From assembly GCA_964016885.1 (NCBI GenBank), contig OZ024745.1, forward strand, positions 5,332,001-5,396,000: a stretch of DNA of 64,000 bases, in the 5' to 3' direction. The position numbers were made by a program, and so were the translations under genes. Positions 42,401 through 52,593 of this stretch are shown one piece after another (positions within the stretch are counted from its first letter, which is position 1; each line of letters opens with the position of its first letter). This DNA is from Eledone cirrhosa. Lineage: Eukaryota. The notes under the pieces were generated by a model. It was not told the origin of the DNA. It saw only the letters and a list, made by a program, of their open reading frames with translations, and ran no database searches.

Positions 42401-43094
42401 GGTCGCAAATTTGAGAAATATTCTCGGTGGCAGGTTTAATAATGGTACCCAACAGTGTGCGCACGATTTTTGGAAGCACATTTATCAGTTGTTCTCTAAA
42501 AAAATTAAACAACTATTCACCTTTGAGGAAAATACTTGGCTCAGCTGCACTAGAAAACACGAGCACAATTGCCCCAGATTGCACAATGATGAATGTTATT
42601 GTGCATCGATCAACGGCTGTGGCACTTGCACACATATAACTGATGTCAAGTCTGATCTGACGTTGCAGCCTGTTAATGGTCGGCAGCAATTCAAAAGCTT
42701 GCTCAAAACTGATGTTTCGCTCATTAAGAGATGCGATCTGTGTGGCATTGACACCGAGCACTTTGGTACAGTTAACCATGTATTTCCAAACACAATGCGT
42801 TACTTGGTTGTTTATTTGAATAGATTCGAATATACAAACAATCAGATGATCAGAATTGATTCTGAGTTGATGAATTTCTCTCCGAACAAGCAGAGCATTT
42901 ACGGCCAAAAATTCCGACTAATCGGCTCCGTCTTGCATTCACTGGCTAGTGCAGACTCCGGGCACTACACCAGCATCGTCCGCAATCAGGACAGATGGGA
43001 CATTATTAACGATGCCGTTTTTTCCAAGCAGTATATAGGTTTCCCGTCGAAACTGCTTAACAACTACCTGTTGTTTTTAGAAAAGTTGAATTGA
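36417..43094 (+). CDS. Helitron-like RepHel transposase (HUH Rep + PIF1 helicase) fused to a C-terminal USP/C19 deubiquitinase domain
   Basis: 2225-aa uninterrupted ORF (first ATG at 36420). Rep motifs: FLTLSC, FWRLEYQMRGAPHVH, YVTSYQTK. PIF1 motifs: SGVGGTGKS, IIIDEISMV, FGDLLQLPPV, LTVNMRQ, YAISIHKSQG, AYVALSRA. USP boxes: LINERNACFVNSTMQ, QQCAHDF, VLH..SGHYTSIVR..W.IIND. Confidence 0.93.
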   Translation: MMYLASESRPVTDFGVPTADVNEQRCTCELGLDVAGSSYTYNDAVPQACSHSCANNLDGHIKLDVKAAYRMRNREKLRQKQAKYRCSKRYELANKQAKYRSANSAIISQKQAERRASKRTELAKEQTKYRSANQDKVLQTKAMYKIHHKDNIQSYEKTYYKKKFLHKRSLYQMKKLNKMVDFRMQHQILMSQFVKSYKKTITDTNLRNDAYSHVLSVFSRSVGMRNFVCAQLKINVKAVHTLMEKINANGLLHYWGNQHYHSSTNELPNFDKSTAKYMKMDEFKNQSVEKVRIVVINNKETDNIVNDMANADEQNDDNDVSKCLVRPCGSSILDTCPNDSATRLTLCQRIDDKLPKLNPDMTVAEIRQLIEKYEFCNVTHDNDQHCIGQTGCTSEFGFLKSIAVHSPKLRTLLRKIYKVRSLCIWLNKYNEAVFNGDWTNFENLTDVANIERAIAVKFNNMCTGFNDVEHTDADVIHKYGNQVQRFQSEITNYKIQHCHICKLRKYSKELKVWDNWNSRYFKTAVAKDAITANYSLPCTVCTTCTTHLRNSGVPSMASINGLGVAAVPKELADLNTYERILVQRAKCFVNVIKLVPYSFKGNISACISAIKGIAIHLPLPMDGTINRTMDTLPALQDDMLKIVVDSLPSRKQIIWRSMVDMSKVLKALDWLAANNVMYADVKINRYADTENENIVECSGVNNAKFDNLLLKSNAGITYEHHTVKDMNPCLPADTDLALYKMKRVEGDFIADNDKKLELLCFPCLYPTGQFGIFVDNRPFGAVKPYMFIRNRLNHSDSRFRRDIQYLMFCLDKADKRGIDSGIYAIMKTTKNSRMTISEFRRRLHENDRHLEGNLNMMMANVRGSKQFWSRKCSDLMAMDEKFGPAHLFLTLSCAEYFWPDLREFLEKLNADIPDISRKRTNELCADDVVAVSEHFHHRFTTFMKEVVKHTNSPFGIVEHFFWRLEYQMRGAPHVHMKLWIKDGPIMDRDDKYAIQTFIQSMITCRMPSNVESPVLSDLVLRFQRHVCSGSCKRQIFSSGRFYTRCRFGFPRPIGNFNLLSVNECIKSRHKGRAVKKLYKLDRRQGEECINDYNPVVLYVWKANVDIQYIGEDSMILNRYVTSYQTKSEKTETEGIWAEIDKSKSIYSRYKSVGLKLMGKRDTGAYEAADKLLGHHFYGCSESLIWIGADLPSYRSHRFRPQYELDKLKPYSTDLYYENMVENWYPNRPDSMEHMCLYELASKYEHVNPIGNSNFDDDFRLRNNLGYFKSVKERIVKSPNIRLTADTCERYHHNLLILFKPWRDEEKDLLGGCETYKESFEQCANHLSEMVRFQNVRKRLENALEQAKHIQNEPQSHDNDDHSCGDHMEALAVDDANVDLPCMRDVNEDALRHKENKLNEVQRKIYDDIVAGIDKQDKHWDNSKPYPRCSCDDCPQVLKFVSGVGGTGKSFLINVLADKIQYMYPNDNGPSVVISAPTGMAAFQLNGMTVHRMLKLKVQHGKTPVYDDLPKDFLKMLRMGLQYVRLIIIDEISMVSHLQLAFIHLRLCQLFCDFAQGISPFGRMNIVVFGDLLQLPPVREKPVFNKVTHQDAQRSCIGVSSHHLWRYFKYDELTVNMRQKEDLDNYVDMLGRIRLGSPLDSDIEILNKHRIDLNGKASIDQVAYKMCELIQTSNLSIVCIMPLNESVEKFNAAMLNKLGINTVELMAIDSNMRQTKCQKKTIRKKLTTKKTSDTAGLETVLKVGVNARVMLKRNIDLEKGLCNGAMGTVKQLNYEFGKITSIDVLFESTNQIVAIKRVKADYELSPSVFITREQYPLCIAYAISIHKSQGISVDGVVVDLGTGVFADGMAYVALSRARKLCNVYLIDLDPTSLIMCDSSAWREYNYLRETINMGPLPLCNVRPNSIGQAKKATKKSKFAINIDSGMVNLANPKKARTEKTVAKPYISLINERNACFVNSTMQVIRQLVLLVEHIQSTDDVAIREISDIISSSGTKSVANLRNILGGRFNNGTQQCAHDFWKHIYQLFSKKIKQLFTFEENTWLSCTRKHEHNCPRLHNDECYCASINGCGTCTHITDVKSDLTLQPVNGRQQFKSLLKTDVSLIKRCDLCGIDTEHFGTVNHVFPNTMRYLVVYLNRFEYTNNQMIRIDSELMNFSPNKQSIYGQKFRLIGSVLHSLASADSGHYTSIVRNQDRWDIINDAVFSKQYIGFPSKLLNNYLLFLEKLN

Positions 43095-44584
43095 ACTTTC
43101 ACCGCCAATGTACAGCAGCAAGCATTTTTTGAAAAATTTGCTTGATCCTAAGAAAAAGTAACAGAGGTTGAGAGATGTCTTGTTATCTCTAACTATTGCT
43201 TTGTTTCTATTTCTTTAGGGCATTTCTGAATTTATTAGAATATGAATCCAGTCCCACCATTGAGATATATTATCTTCATGGTGAATGTCTGCTGTTTTTT
43301 TTACCCTCGGGAAATTGTGAAATTGGTTTGCAGCTACTATGGCCTTTTGAGATATAATATTGAAAACACATGTCACTCAACCATATTCGTGTGACCATTT
43401 TGTCACTGAACTATACTCTCCGTATGATATCAATTTTTATGTATTATAATTTTATCAATATTTTATCTTAAATTAAGCATATTTTTATCTATTATTATCT
43501 AATTTTATAAATCTTTTATTTTTTATCCATTATATCAACTACTTTCAATGTTGTATTATATTTTAAATTCCAATGTATTAATTTTTGTACCAGAAACTCT
43601 CTAGCGCTTTAGCATTTAAAGAGACCATATCCGACCATAATTCTCTCGCCTCTTTCTATTCAAACTGGCCATAATTAGCCACTCATACTGATAGTAAGGT
43701 ATTTTTCTCAAAACAAATAACATAAAACTCTCGTAGATTCAATATTATATGAGATAATTATATAAGGTAAAGCCTTTTATGTGAAAATACATACACTATT
43801 TTTGTGCCTTTTTTAGCAACACAAAAATCCTCTAATACTTTGGATTAATATGGCTGACTAAAATTATATATCTGCACATTGTGTGGTGTCAACTATATTT
43901 TGTTTTGTATTTTATGCTTTCTTTAAAAATTTTTTTTTTAGTCTTATATTTTAAAAATATATTAAAATAAATTATAACGTTTTTTATTTACATATCTTTA
44001 TAATGCACCTTCCAATATTGATTGTAACCTTTATTTACTTTTATATGAATGATCTAGTTAATAGTTACTTGTCCATTTGCCAATATAATATGCTTTTGTA
44101 AAAGTAATTATTAACTATTATATATTAAATTACAAGATTTATTTATATAACATGCTTATAATATTGGTTGTATCATATTTACTTGTATATTTGTCTATAT
44201 TGTTTGTTTTGTGTTAAATTATTTTATTATTATTATGTTGGATTATTTTTTTAATTATTATGTTAAACTATTTGTATGTAATATTTAATTTTTTTATTAA
44301 TTCAACTATAATAATCGACATATGAAATTTAAATCAACAATAGGAGAAAAAAAAATATCTTATTGCACAAACAATAATTCTGCACAAATTTTGCTCCATT
44401 ATTAGATCTAATGTTGCAACGATGCAGTTAAATGTTGTCTGTGTATTTTAAAAAAGATTTGCTTATAATCTTTTCAAATTTCATTACGCCAATGATTCAA
44501 GCTCAAATTGACATTATCTAAAAAATTGTACAAACAGCGGTGGATTAGCAGTAGTGAACAGATAAATCAGTCAATTTATTAAGA

Positions 44585-45242
44585 TTGACTTGGCATCAAT
44601 CAGCAAGACCTTCATTAGCTGCTCTCCAGCCATCTATTTAAAGCTGTATACATCTATGGTACGAATACACTTGGAGTTCGCGTCATCAGTCTGGAACCCC
44701 TATCTTGCTCAGAACATTGACCTCCTGGAAACTGTTCAGAGACATGCAACCAAGCGCATACCCTCCATCAGACACCTACCATACCCTGAATATTTTGCTT
44801 CCCTCTGGCAATGGACTTGGTAAACACCCACAAAGTTATTAACCATCCGACCAACAACAACCCCGAACACCTTTTTGATCTCCATGTGTCTAACACGTGG
44901 ACATGCCTACAAAGTCAGAAAACAACACAGCTCCCATGACTTTAGGAAATATTTCTTCATGCTCAGAGTTGCTGAAGGATGGAACAAACTTCCTGCATCA
45001 GTTGTTAGCTGATGACACACTGCATCCTTTAAAACCATCATACATTCCGAAATACACCAAAACTACACCTGATGTCCCCCTTCCATACACATGCACATAT
45101 GTGTATATCATGACTCATGCACTGTTCTTTTTTCCTGACGTTTTTATATTACCCTATGTATTATATATGCACTTTTGATGAGTTGTAGTGCACCTCAGCA
45201 TTGTACACAATATTTTCATTATTATTATCATTATTATTATTA
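44585..45242 (+). mobile_element. Decayed 3' fragment of a CR1/L2-group LINE
   Basis: LKLYTSMVRIHLEFASSVWNPYLAQNIDLLETVQRHATKRI is the typical CR1-group post-RT motif. Frameshifted, ends in (ATT)n. Confidence 0.8.
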
Positions 45243-46411
45243 CACTCATTGATCCATTTTGCACTAACTCTGCATCAAGCACCCTCACCTAAATATTAAC
45301 CAATCAAGGATCCAATACAGCTATCTGTTGGATGAGTATTGTATAGTGCCAAAAACGAAACCAATCAGTTTAGCAGAAAGTTTCCAGACAAGAAACACGC
45401 ATATTTTGCTATCCTCAAACACGTTTACACATGGCATGAAATATAACTAATCCGAGATGGCTAGGTTTCATCTTCTAACTGGATATACGAAATCCATTAT
45501 GTCTTGACAACAACATGAGGTAACATTATGTTATTCACAGACACACTTTGTACACTGTTCCATATCAGAATGTATTTCCTTCGTCACATTCACAAACAGT
45601 ATTGAAAATATGTACTTCGGCAAATAAAAATGTTTTGTTCATAATATGTCAACTAGCGATTGCTCTACTCCACGCACGACCACCATAAATTAATGACCAG
45701 CTCAACACAAGTTTTGGTAGAGCGTCATACACCATGCTTTGCAGTATTGTTATGGTCCTTTGCATTCTAAGTTCAAATCCTGCCGAGGTTAACTTCGACT
45801 TTCATACTTACTAATTCGATAAAATAAAGTACCAGTAATGGACTGCCGTAATGGATTTGTGCCGAAAAATAGAAACACTATTAATGTGCAATAAGAGCAA
45901 AATATAACGACATTGCTCAATTATTTTATCTAATGTTGTAATAACACAAGGAAATGTTGTTTGTGTATTTTTTTTTATATTTGCTCATAGGCTTTTACAA
46001 TTTCGCTCAGCCAACAACTATTAAAAAGTGAGTTGCTTAAGATAACAATTTAATCACAAATTGTTGCTATCTTTTAATACACTCCAACAAGTCATCAAAT
46101 TATGTACAATAAAAACAAATCTTATTAATTTGCTCAGGGAATATAAAGAAAATGTATATACACTGATAATTGCAATTGTATGTAAATATTTTGTTTTTGT
46201 ATTGTTTATTTTATGTTTTCTATTATGTATAATATATTGATTTAATATTGATTGTTTTTTGTAGTTGTTTATATTAAAAGTCTGAAAATATTTTTATACA
46301 TCTTACACTAATATTTATAAGATAATTTATAATAACAATTCGATAATTTATTATTAATATATATCCTGTTTAACTAGAGTTATTACAAGCGTTGCCTTAA
46401 AAAAATATTAA

Positions 46412-47368
46412 ACTAGACATGAAAAATGCGCAAGCTCAAAAGTGCCACAGAATGTTATAATAAACCTTCAAAAGTGTGGGACTAGAGTTGTTGCTAAAAA
46501 ATATTGTAATCATTATATATCGTACATTCTGTGGCATCCTTTATAAAAATAGCTTAAACCAACGAAGCCTTTATTTTTACGCTATTTCACTTAGTTAATT
46601 CTTAGAGTGTAACATATAAAAATAAATACATCTATGTTTAATGTAATAACAGCTATAAATAATTACGTAATATTATTATCATATACTCATAGTAACAAAA
46701 TAATTGTGTTGAAACTTAATATGATGCTTATATGAACGATCAAATCTATAATGATAATTTCTTAAATATACTAATAGTAAAATAATTTAGTTATCTATTG
46801 TTACATTTTCATAGAACTATAATTTTAACAATCGTATTGCATTATCAAATTTTTATCACTACAAACTTTCATATTGGAATTACCTTAAGCCACTTATTAT
46901 TACTTCGCTTTCGTACTTTTACAGCTGTAGATATTGCGCTGTATCTTATATCTAATATCAATATCTCATGGTAATTTGCATGAAGTGTAAAATAGGTTTA
47001 TTAATAACTTTAATATGAAATGTATTATACAGGGCTGCAGAGTCGGCCAAAAATTGACTGGCTCCAACTCAGGATCCGATACTCCATTATTTCCTAAATT
47101 TCAGCTCCGCAGCTCTGTTATTATATTAATTAATTTATTTTATAGTTGTAAATCATATTTTTATATGTTACACTCTAAGAATTAACTAAGTGAAATAGCG
47201 TAAAAATAAAGGCTTCGTTGGTTTAAGCTATTTTTATAAAGGATGCCACATAATGTACGATATATAATGATTACAATATTTTTTAGCAACAACTCTAGTC
47301 CCACACTTTTGAAGGTTTATTATAACATTCTGTGGCACTTTTGAGCTTGCGCATTTTTCATGTCTAGT
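46412..47368. repeat. Fold-back element: 213-bp inverted repeats (46412-46624 / 47156-47368) around a 531-bp AT-rich spacer
   Basis: Arms are reverse complements with one mismatch seen. Both outer ends read ...TGTCTAGT. Confidence 0.9.
47030..47117. mobile_element. Tiny hAT-like MITE
   Basis: TIRs CAGGGCTGCAGAG / CTCCGCAGCTCTG with near-identical 8-bp flanks GTATTATA / TTATTATA. Confidence 0.55.
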
Positions 47369-47562
47369 ATACATATAGATGATGATGATGATATGTATAT
47401 ATATATATATGTGTGTATGTTTGTGCGTGTATATATATATATGTGTGTGTATATGTGTATCTATGTATATATGTATCCGTCTAACCCATGCTAGCGTGGA
47501 AAGTGGACGTTAAATGAGGATGATGATGATGATGATCTGTGTATATATGTATCTATGTATAT

Positions 47563-47904
47563 GGAGGCACATGGCTTAGTGGTTAGAACATTGGCTTTGC
47601 AATCGAAAGGTTGTGAGTTCAATTCTCAGACCGGGTGATGTGTTGTTTCCTTGAGCAAGACACTTTATTTTACATTGCTCCAGTTTACTCAGCTGTAGAA
47701 ATGAGATGATAGGGACTGGGGTCCCTATCATTCCACTGCAAAATGGTCGTGGAGGTGCCACAGAAAAAATAGCACCCAGCACTCACTGTAAATGAGGTTG
47801 GTGTTAGGAAGGGCAGCCAGCTGTAGAAATCAAGCCAGAATATCAGTTCACGTCCCACCCTTGCAAGCAGGGAAAAGCGGACGTAAAATGACGATGATGA
47901 TGAT
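47563..47904 (+). mobile_element. Full-length tRNA-derived SINE with RTE-derived tail
   Basis: Pol III A box TGGCTTAGTGG, B box GAGTTCAATTC, central TGTTTCCTTGAGCAAGACAC, a tail matching the LINE 3' UTR, and a (GAT)n end. Confidence 0.88.
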
Positions 47905-48109
47905 ATATATATATGAAGCGAAGTGAGAAGTTAGTAAATGTTGTTAGAGGTGAAATAACACAAAATAGATGGTTCTGTTTTGATACAAAATTTACTTCAC
48001 TTCAGTTAATAAATGAACAAAAAATAAGTTACTAGAAGTTATAAAGGTTGACGATGTTGTTGTTGTTATGGTGAAATATTCCGTGGGCAGAGAAGGTGAG
48101 AGAGAGAGA

Positions 48110-49968
48110 GGAAGGGTCTGTAGAAGTCTGTGGACCCCTGTAGAGAGAGAGAGAGAGAGGGGTCTGTAGAAGTATGTAGAGAGAGAAAGGGTTTGTAGCA
48201 GTCTGTAGACCCCCTGTAGAGAGAGTAAGGGTCTGTCGTAGTCTGTAGACCCATGTAGATAGAGTAAGGGTCTGTAGCATTCAGTAGACCCCTGTAGAGA
48301 GAGAGAGTAAGGGTTTGTAGAAGACTGTAGACTCCTGTGGAGAGAGTAAGGGTCTGTAGAGGTCTGTAGACCCCTGTAGAGAGAGTAAGGGACTGTAGCA
48401 GTCTGTAGACGCCTGTAGAGAGAGTAAGGGCCTGTAGCAGTCTGTAGACCCCTGTAGAGAGAGTAAGGGACTGTAGAAGTCTGTAGACCCTTGTAGAGAG
48501 AGTAAGGGCCTGTAGCAGTCTGTAGACCCCTGTAGAGAGAGTAAGGGTCTGTAGCAGTCTGTAGAGAGAGTAAGGGTCTGTAGCAGTCTGTAGACCCCTG
48601 TAGAGAGAGTAAGGGGCTGTAGAAGTCTGTAGACCCCTGTAGAGAGAGTAAGGGACTGTAGCAGTCTGTAGACCCTTGTAGAGAGAGTAAGGGAGTGTAG
48701 CAGTCTGTAGACCTCTGTAGAGAGAGTAAGGGTCTGTAGAAGTCTGTAGACCTCTGTAGAGAGAGTAAGGGACTGTAGAAGTCTGTAGACCCCTGTAGAG
48801 AGAGTAAGGGACTGTAGCAGTCTGTAGACCCCTGTAGAGAGAGTAAGGGACTGTAGCAGTCTATAGACCCTTGTAGAGAGAGTAAGGGACTGTAGCAGTC
48901 TGTAGACCTCTGTAGAGAGAGTAAGGGTCTGTAGAAGTCTGTAGACCTCTGTAGAGAGAGTAAGGAAGTGTAGCAGTCTGTAGACCCCTGTAGAGAGAAT
49001 AAGGGACTGTAGCAGTCTGTAGAACCCTGTAGAGAGAGTAAGCGTCTGTAGAAGTCTGTAGACCCCTGTAGAGAGAGTAAGGGACTGTAGCAGTCTGTAG
49101 ACCCCTGTAGAGAGAATAAGGGACTGTAGCAGTCTGTAGACCCCTGTAGAGAGAGTAAGGGTCTGTAGAAGTCTGTAGACCCCTGTAGAGAGAGTAAGGG
49201 TCTGTAGAAGTCTGTAGACCCCTGTAGCAGTCTGTAGACCCCTATAGAGAGAGTAAGGCTCTGTAGAAGTCTGTAGACCCTGTAGAGAGAGTGTAAGGGA
49301 CTGTAGCAGTCTGTAGACCCCTGTAGAGAGAGTAAGGAACTGTAGCAGTCTGTAGACCCCTGTAGAGAGAGTAAGGGACTGAAGCAGTCTGTAGACCCCT
49401 GTAGAGAGAGTAAGGGTCTGTAGAAGTCTGTAGACCCCTGTAGAAATAGTAAGGGAGTGTAGCAGTCTGTAGACCCCTGTAGAGAGAGTAAGGGTCTGTA
49501 GACCCCTGTAGCAGTCTGTAGACCCCTATAGAGAGAGTAAGGTTCTGTAGAAGTCTGTAGACCCTGTAGAGAGAGTGTAAGGGACTGTAGCAGTCTGTAG
49601 ACCCCTGTAGAGAGAGTAAGCGTCTGTAGACCCCTGTAGAGAGAGTAAGGGACTGTAGCAGTCTGTAGACCCCTGTAGAGAGAGAAAGGGTATGTAGAAG
49701 TCTGTAGACCCCTGTAGTGAGAGTAAGGGACTGTAGCAGTCTAGACCCCTGTAGAGAGAGTAAGGGACTGTAGCAGTCTGTAGACCCCTGTAGAGAGAGT
49801 AAGGGTCTGTAGAAGTCTGTAGACCCCTGTAGAGAGAGTAAGGGACTGTAGCAGTCTGTAGACCCCTGTAGAGAGAGTAAGGGGCTGTAGAAGTCTGTAG
49901 ACCCCTGTAGAGAGAGTAAGGGAGTGTAGCAGTCTGTAGACCCATGTAGACCCCAAGGGATCTGTAGA
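48110..49968. repeat. 39-bp minisatellite (GTAGAGAGAGTAAGGG[A/T]CTGTAG[C/A]AGTCTGTAGACCCCT), roughly 45-50 copies
   Basis: Tandem units with indels and degenerate edges. Confidence 0.95.
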
Positions 49969-50199
49969 AAGCAAATGTTTTACATGGTTATTCTCTGAAG
50001 AACTACTCCGAACTGGTATTGGCCTGGTCTGAGACAGGCTATTTATATCTGTTGCTTCCGCTGTCTCCATGCCTTGAGAACCACCGGGTCTCCTCGAGGG
50101 ATCGCCCACACATAGACTTGTTTACGCCAAAAAGAAGGTAACCCAGAATTTGACTATTAAGTGTCACCCAGGGGTCAAGGTGTGGACAGATTTCACTAC

Positions 50200-50279
<80 letters not shown>

Positions 50280-50320
50280 GATATTAAACAAATGGAAACT
50301 ATATTTATAAAACCATATTT

Positions 50321-50384
50321 ATTTCATTATACATATTTCAGGGATACCATATTAAAAATATGGCATGCCTTCGTCAGATAAAAT
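50321..50384 (-). ncRNA. Type I hammerhead ribozyme
   Basis: Minus strand: AUUUUAU-CUGACGA-[AGGCAUGCCAUAUU uuu AAUAUGGUAUCCCU]-GAAA-UAUGUA-UA-AUGAAAU. Stems I, II and III can all form. Confidence 0.75.
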
Positions 50385-50547
50385 TTCTAATATGGTATCC
50401 CTGAAATATGTATAATGAAATAAATATGGTTTTATAAATATAGTTTCCATTTGTTTAATATCGTATATCTACTCCAAAAACTTGTCGAATGCTTTATATC
50501 AGTTATAAAATATTTACTTGTAACCCAACAATTTTAAATAAAACTTT

Positions 50548-50599
<52 letters not shown>

Positions 50600-51249
50600 G
50601 ACAGGGGGGGAAGAAAAAATGGCTTCACTTGTGCTTTCAACAAATTTATTTTCTTCACAAAATCCAAAAAGAATTTTTTTCCGGATTTGAAAAAAATTTT
50701 TTTTTTTTTTCTTAAAAAAAATTATTTTATAAATTAAGTTGTTGGTTGTTGGTTAGGAGTTCTTGGTTAACGTAGGAGGTATTGTTTAGTTTTTAGAACG
50801 ACCTTTCATGCTGAGGTGCGCTTGTCAAACTGATGTGTATGTGGTGTGTTGTTCTATATATAGGGATTTAACATGTCTGTGGTGTGGTGGGGTTTTTTTT
50901 CCTGCCCCTTTAATAAGTGTATGGGTGTAGGTGTGTTGAAAAAGTGTTAATAGCAGTAATGAGTTGAGACGGTGAGTAGGGTTGGGTGGGGAGAAATGTA
51001 GCAAGTGCGGCCTGCCCCGGTCATTCTCGAAAAATTCCTTTATTCAGAGGAAAAAGCTTTTAGTATCCCTTTGTGTTGAGAATGGTCACAGGCAAATCGC
51101 ACCTGCCAAGTTTGTGAATAATTATTTTTTTCTGAAGAATTTTTCTACGTCCATCCCAAAATTAGTCCTTTGTTCAACACACACATATGTGCGTATATAC
51201 GTACATACACACACGGGCATATGTAGGAATATATAGGCACACACCATCA

Positions 51250-51602
51250 ATCACACACCCATGTACATATACATCCACATACATACACAAAAACATATAA
51301 AGACACATATAAAAACACATATACACATACGTACACACACGAATATCTACTCATACCTCCACATGGGTATATATATATATACATACATACATATACATAC
51401 ATATACACACATAAAGATACATAACTAAATATACATATATACACATACACGCACACACACACGTGTACACACACACACACACACACATATACATATGTCC
51501 GTATATATACCTCCGTTCACACATACATGCATACATACACACATACACACACATATATATATATAGATATATAGATATATATATATAGAGAGAGAGGCAT
51601 AC

Positions 51603-51699
<97 letters not shown>

Positions 51700-51752
51700 C
51701 ATATATGTACACATAAACACATACAGACACATACACACATATACATACATAT

Positions 51753-51815
<63 letters not shown>

Positions 51816-52221
51816 CATATACATATATATATATATACATACATACACATACACATACAAATACATACATACACACATACATATATACACATACATATAC
51901 ATACATACATATACATACATATATATATATATATATATACATATATATATACATATATATACATACACACACACACATACACACATATATACATATATAT
52001 ATATGTGTACACACAAGCACATAAAGACACATATATACATATATACATACATATATATATATATATACATATATATATACATACATCTACATACATACAT
52101 ACATATACACATACAGAAACATACATATATGTACACACATATATACATATATGCACATACATACACACACACACATATATATAGATACATACATATACAT
52201 ACACACACATATAAACATATA

Positions 52222-52280
<59 letters not shown>

Positions 52281-52500
52281 ATATATATATACATATATAT
52301 ATATATACACACATACACATACATACATATACATATACATATATATACACATACACACACATACATATATATATATATACACACACATACAAACATACAC
52401 ACATCCATACATATATATACACACACACATACACACACACACATACATATATACCCACACGTACATACATCCATACATACCTACACACATATATGTGTGT
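51250..52500. repeat. Compound (TA)n/(CA)n/(TACA)n microsatellite inside the Penelope 3' region
   Basis: Directly visible. Confidence 0.95.
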
Positions 52501-52593
52501 GTCTCACCGTTCACTCAGATATTCATGTGTACACATAAGAAGACGGGGGGGGGGGGGGGGTAGTGAAATGGAATTTTACCTCCGAGTGTTAAT

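Larger units (their letters stand above)
34547..47367 (+). mobile_element. Autonomous Helitron-like (Helentron/Helitron2-type) rolling-circle transposon; boundaries tentative
   Basis: Contains the RepHel ORF. Candidate 5' end is TT plus a 19-bp hairpin (34560-34614). Candidate 3' end is CTAG|T at 47364-47368. The 3' boundary is uncertain. Confidence 0.45.

Noticed and set aside
36685-42908. Short ORFs overlapping RepHel, and likewise those overlapping the LINE and Penelope ORFs
   Set aside because: Alternate-frame or antisense shadows with no motifs
47563-47640. tRNA gene
   Set aside because: A and B boxes are present, but the sequence continues into a SINE body and lacks a proper acceptor stem
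33745-47904. Inverted SINE pair acting as termini of a composite element
   Set aside because: The copies are diverged from each other and each sits in its own microsatellite, so independent insertions are more likely
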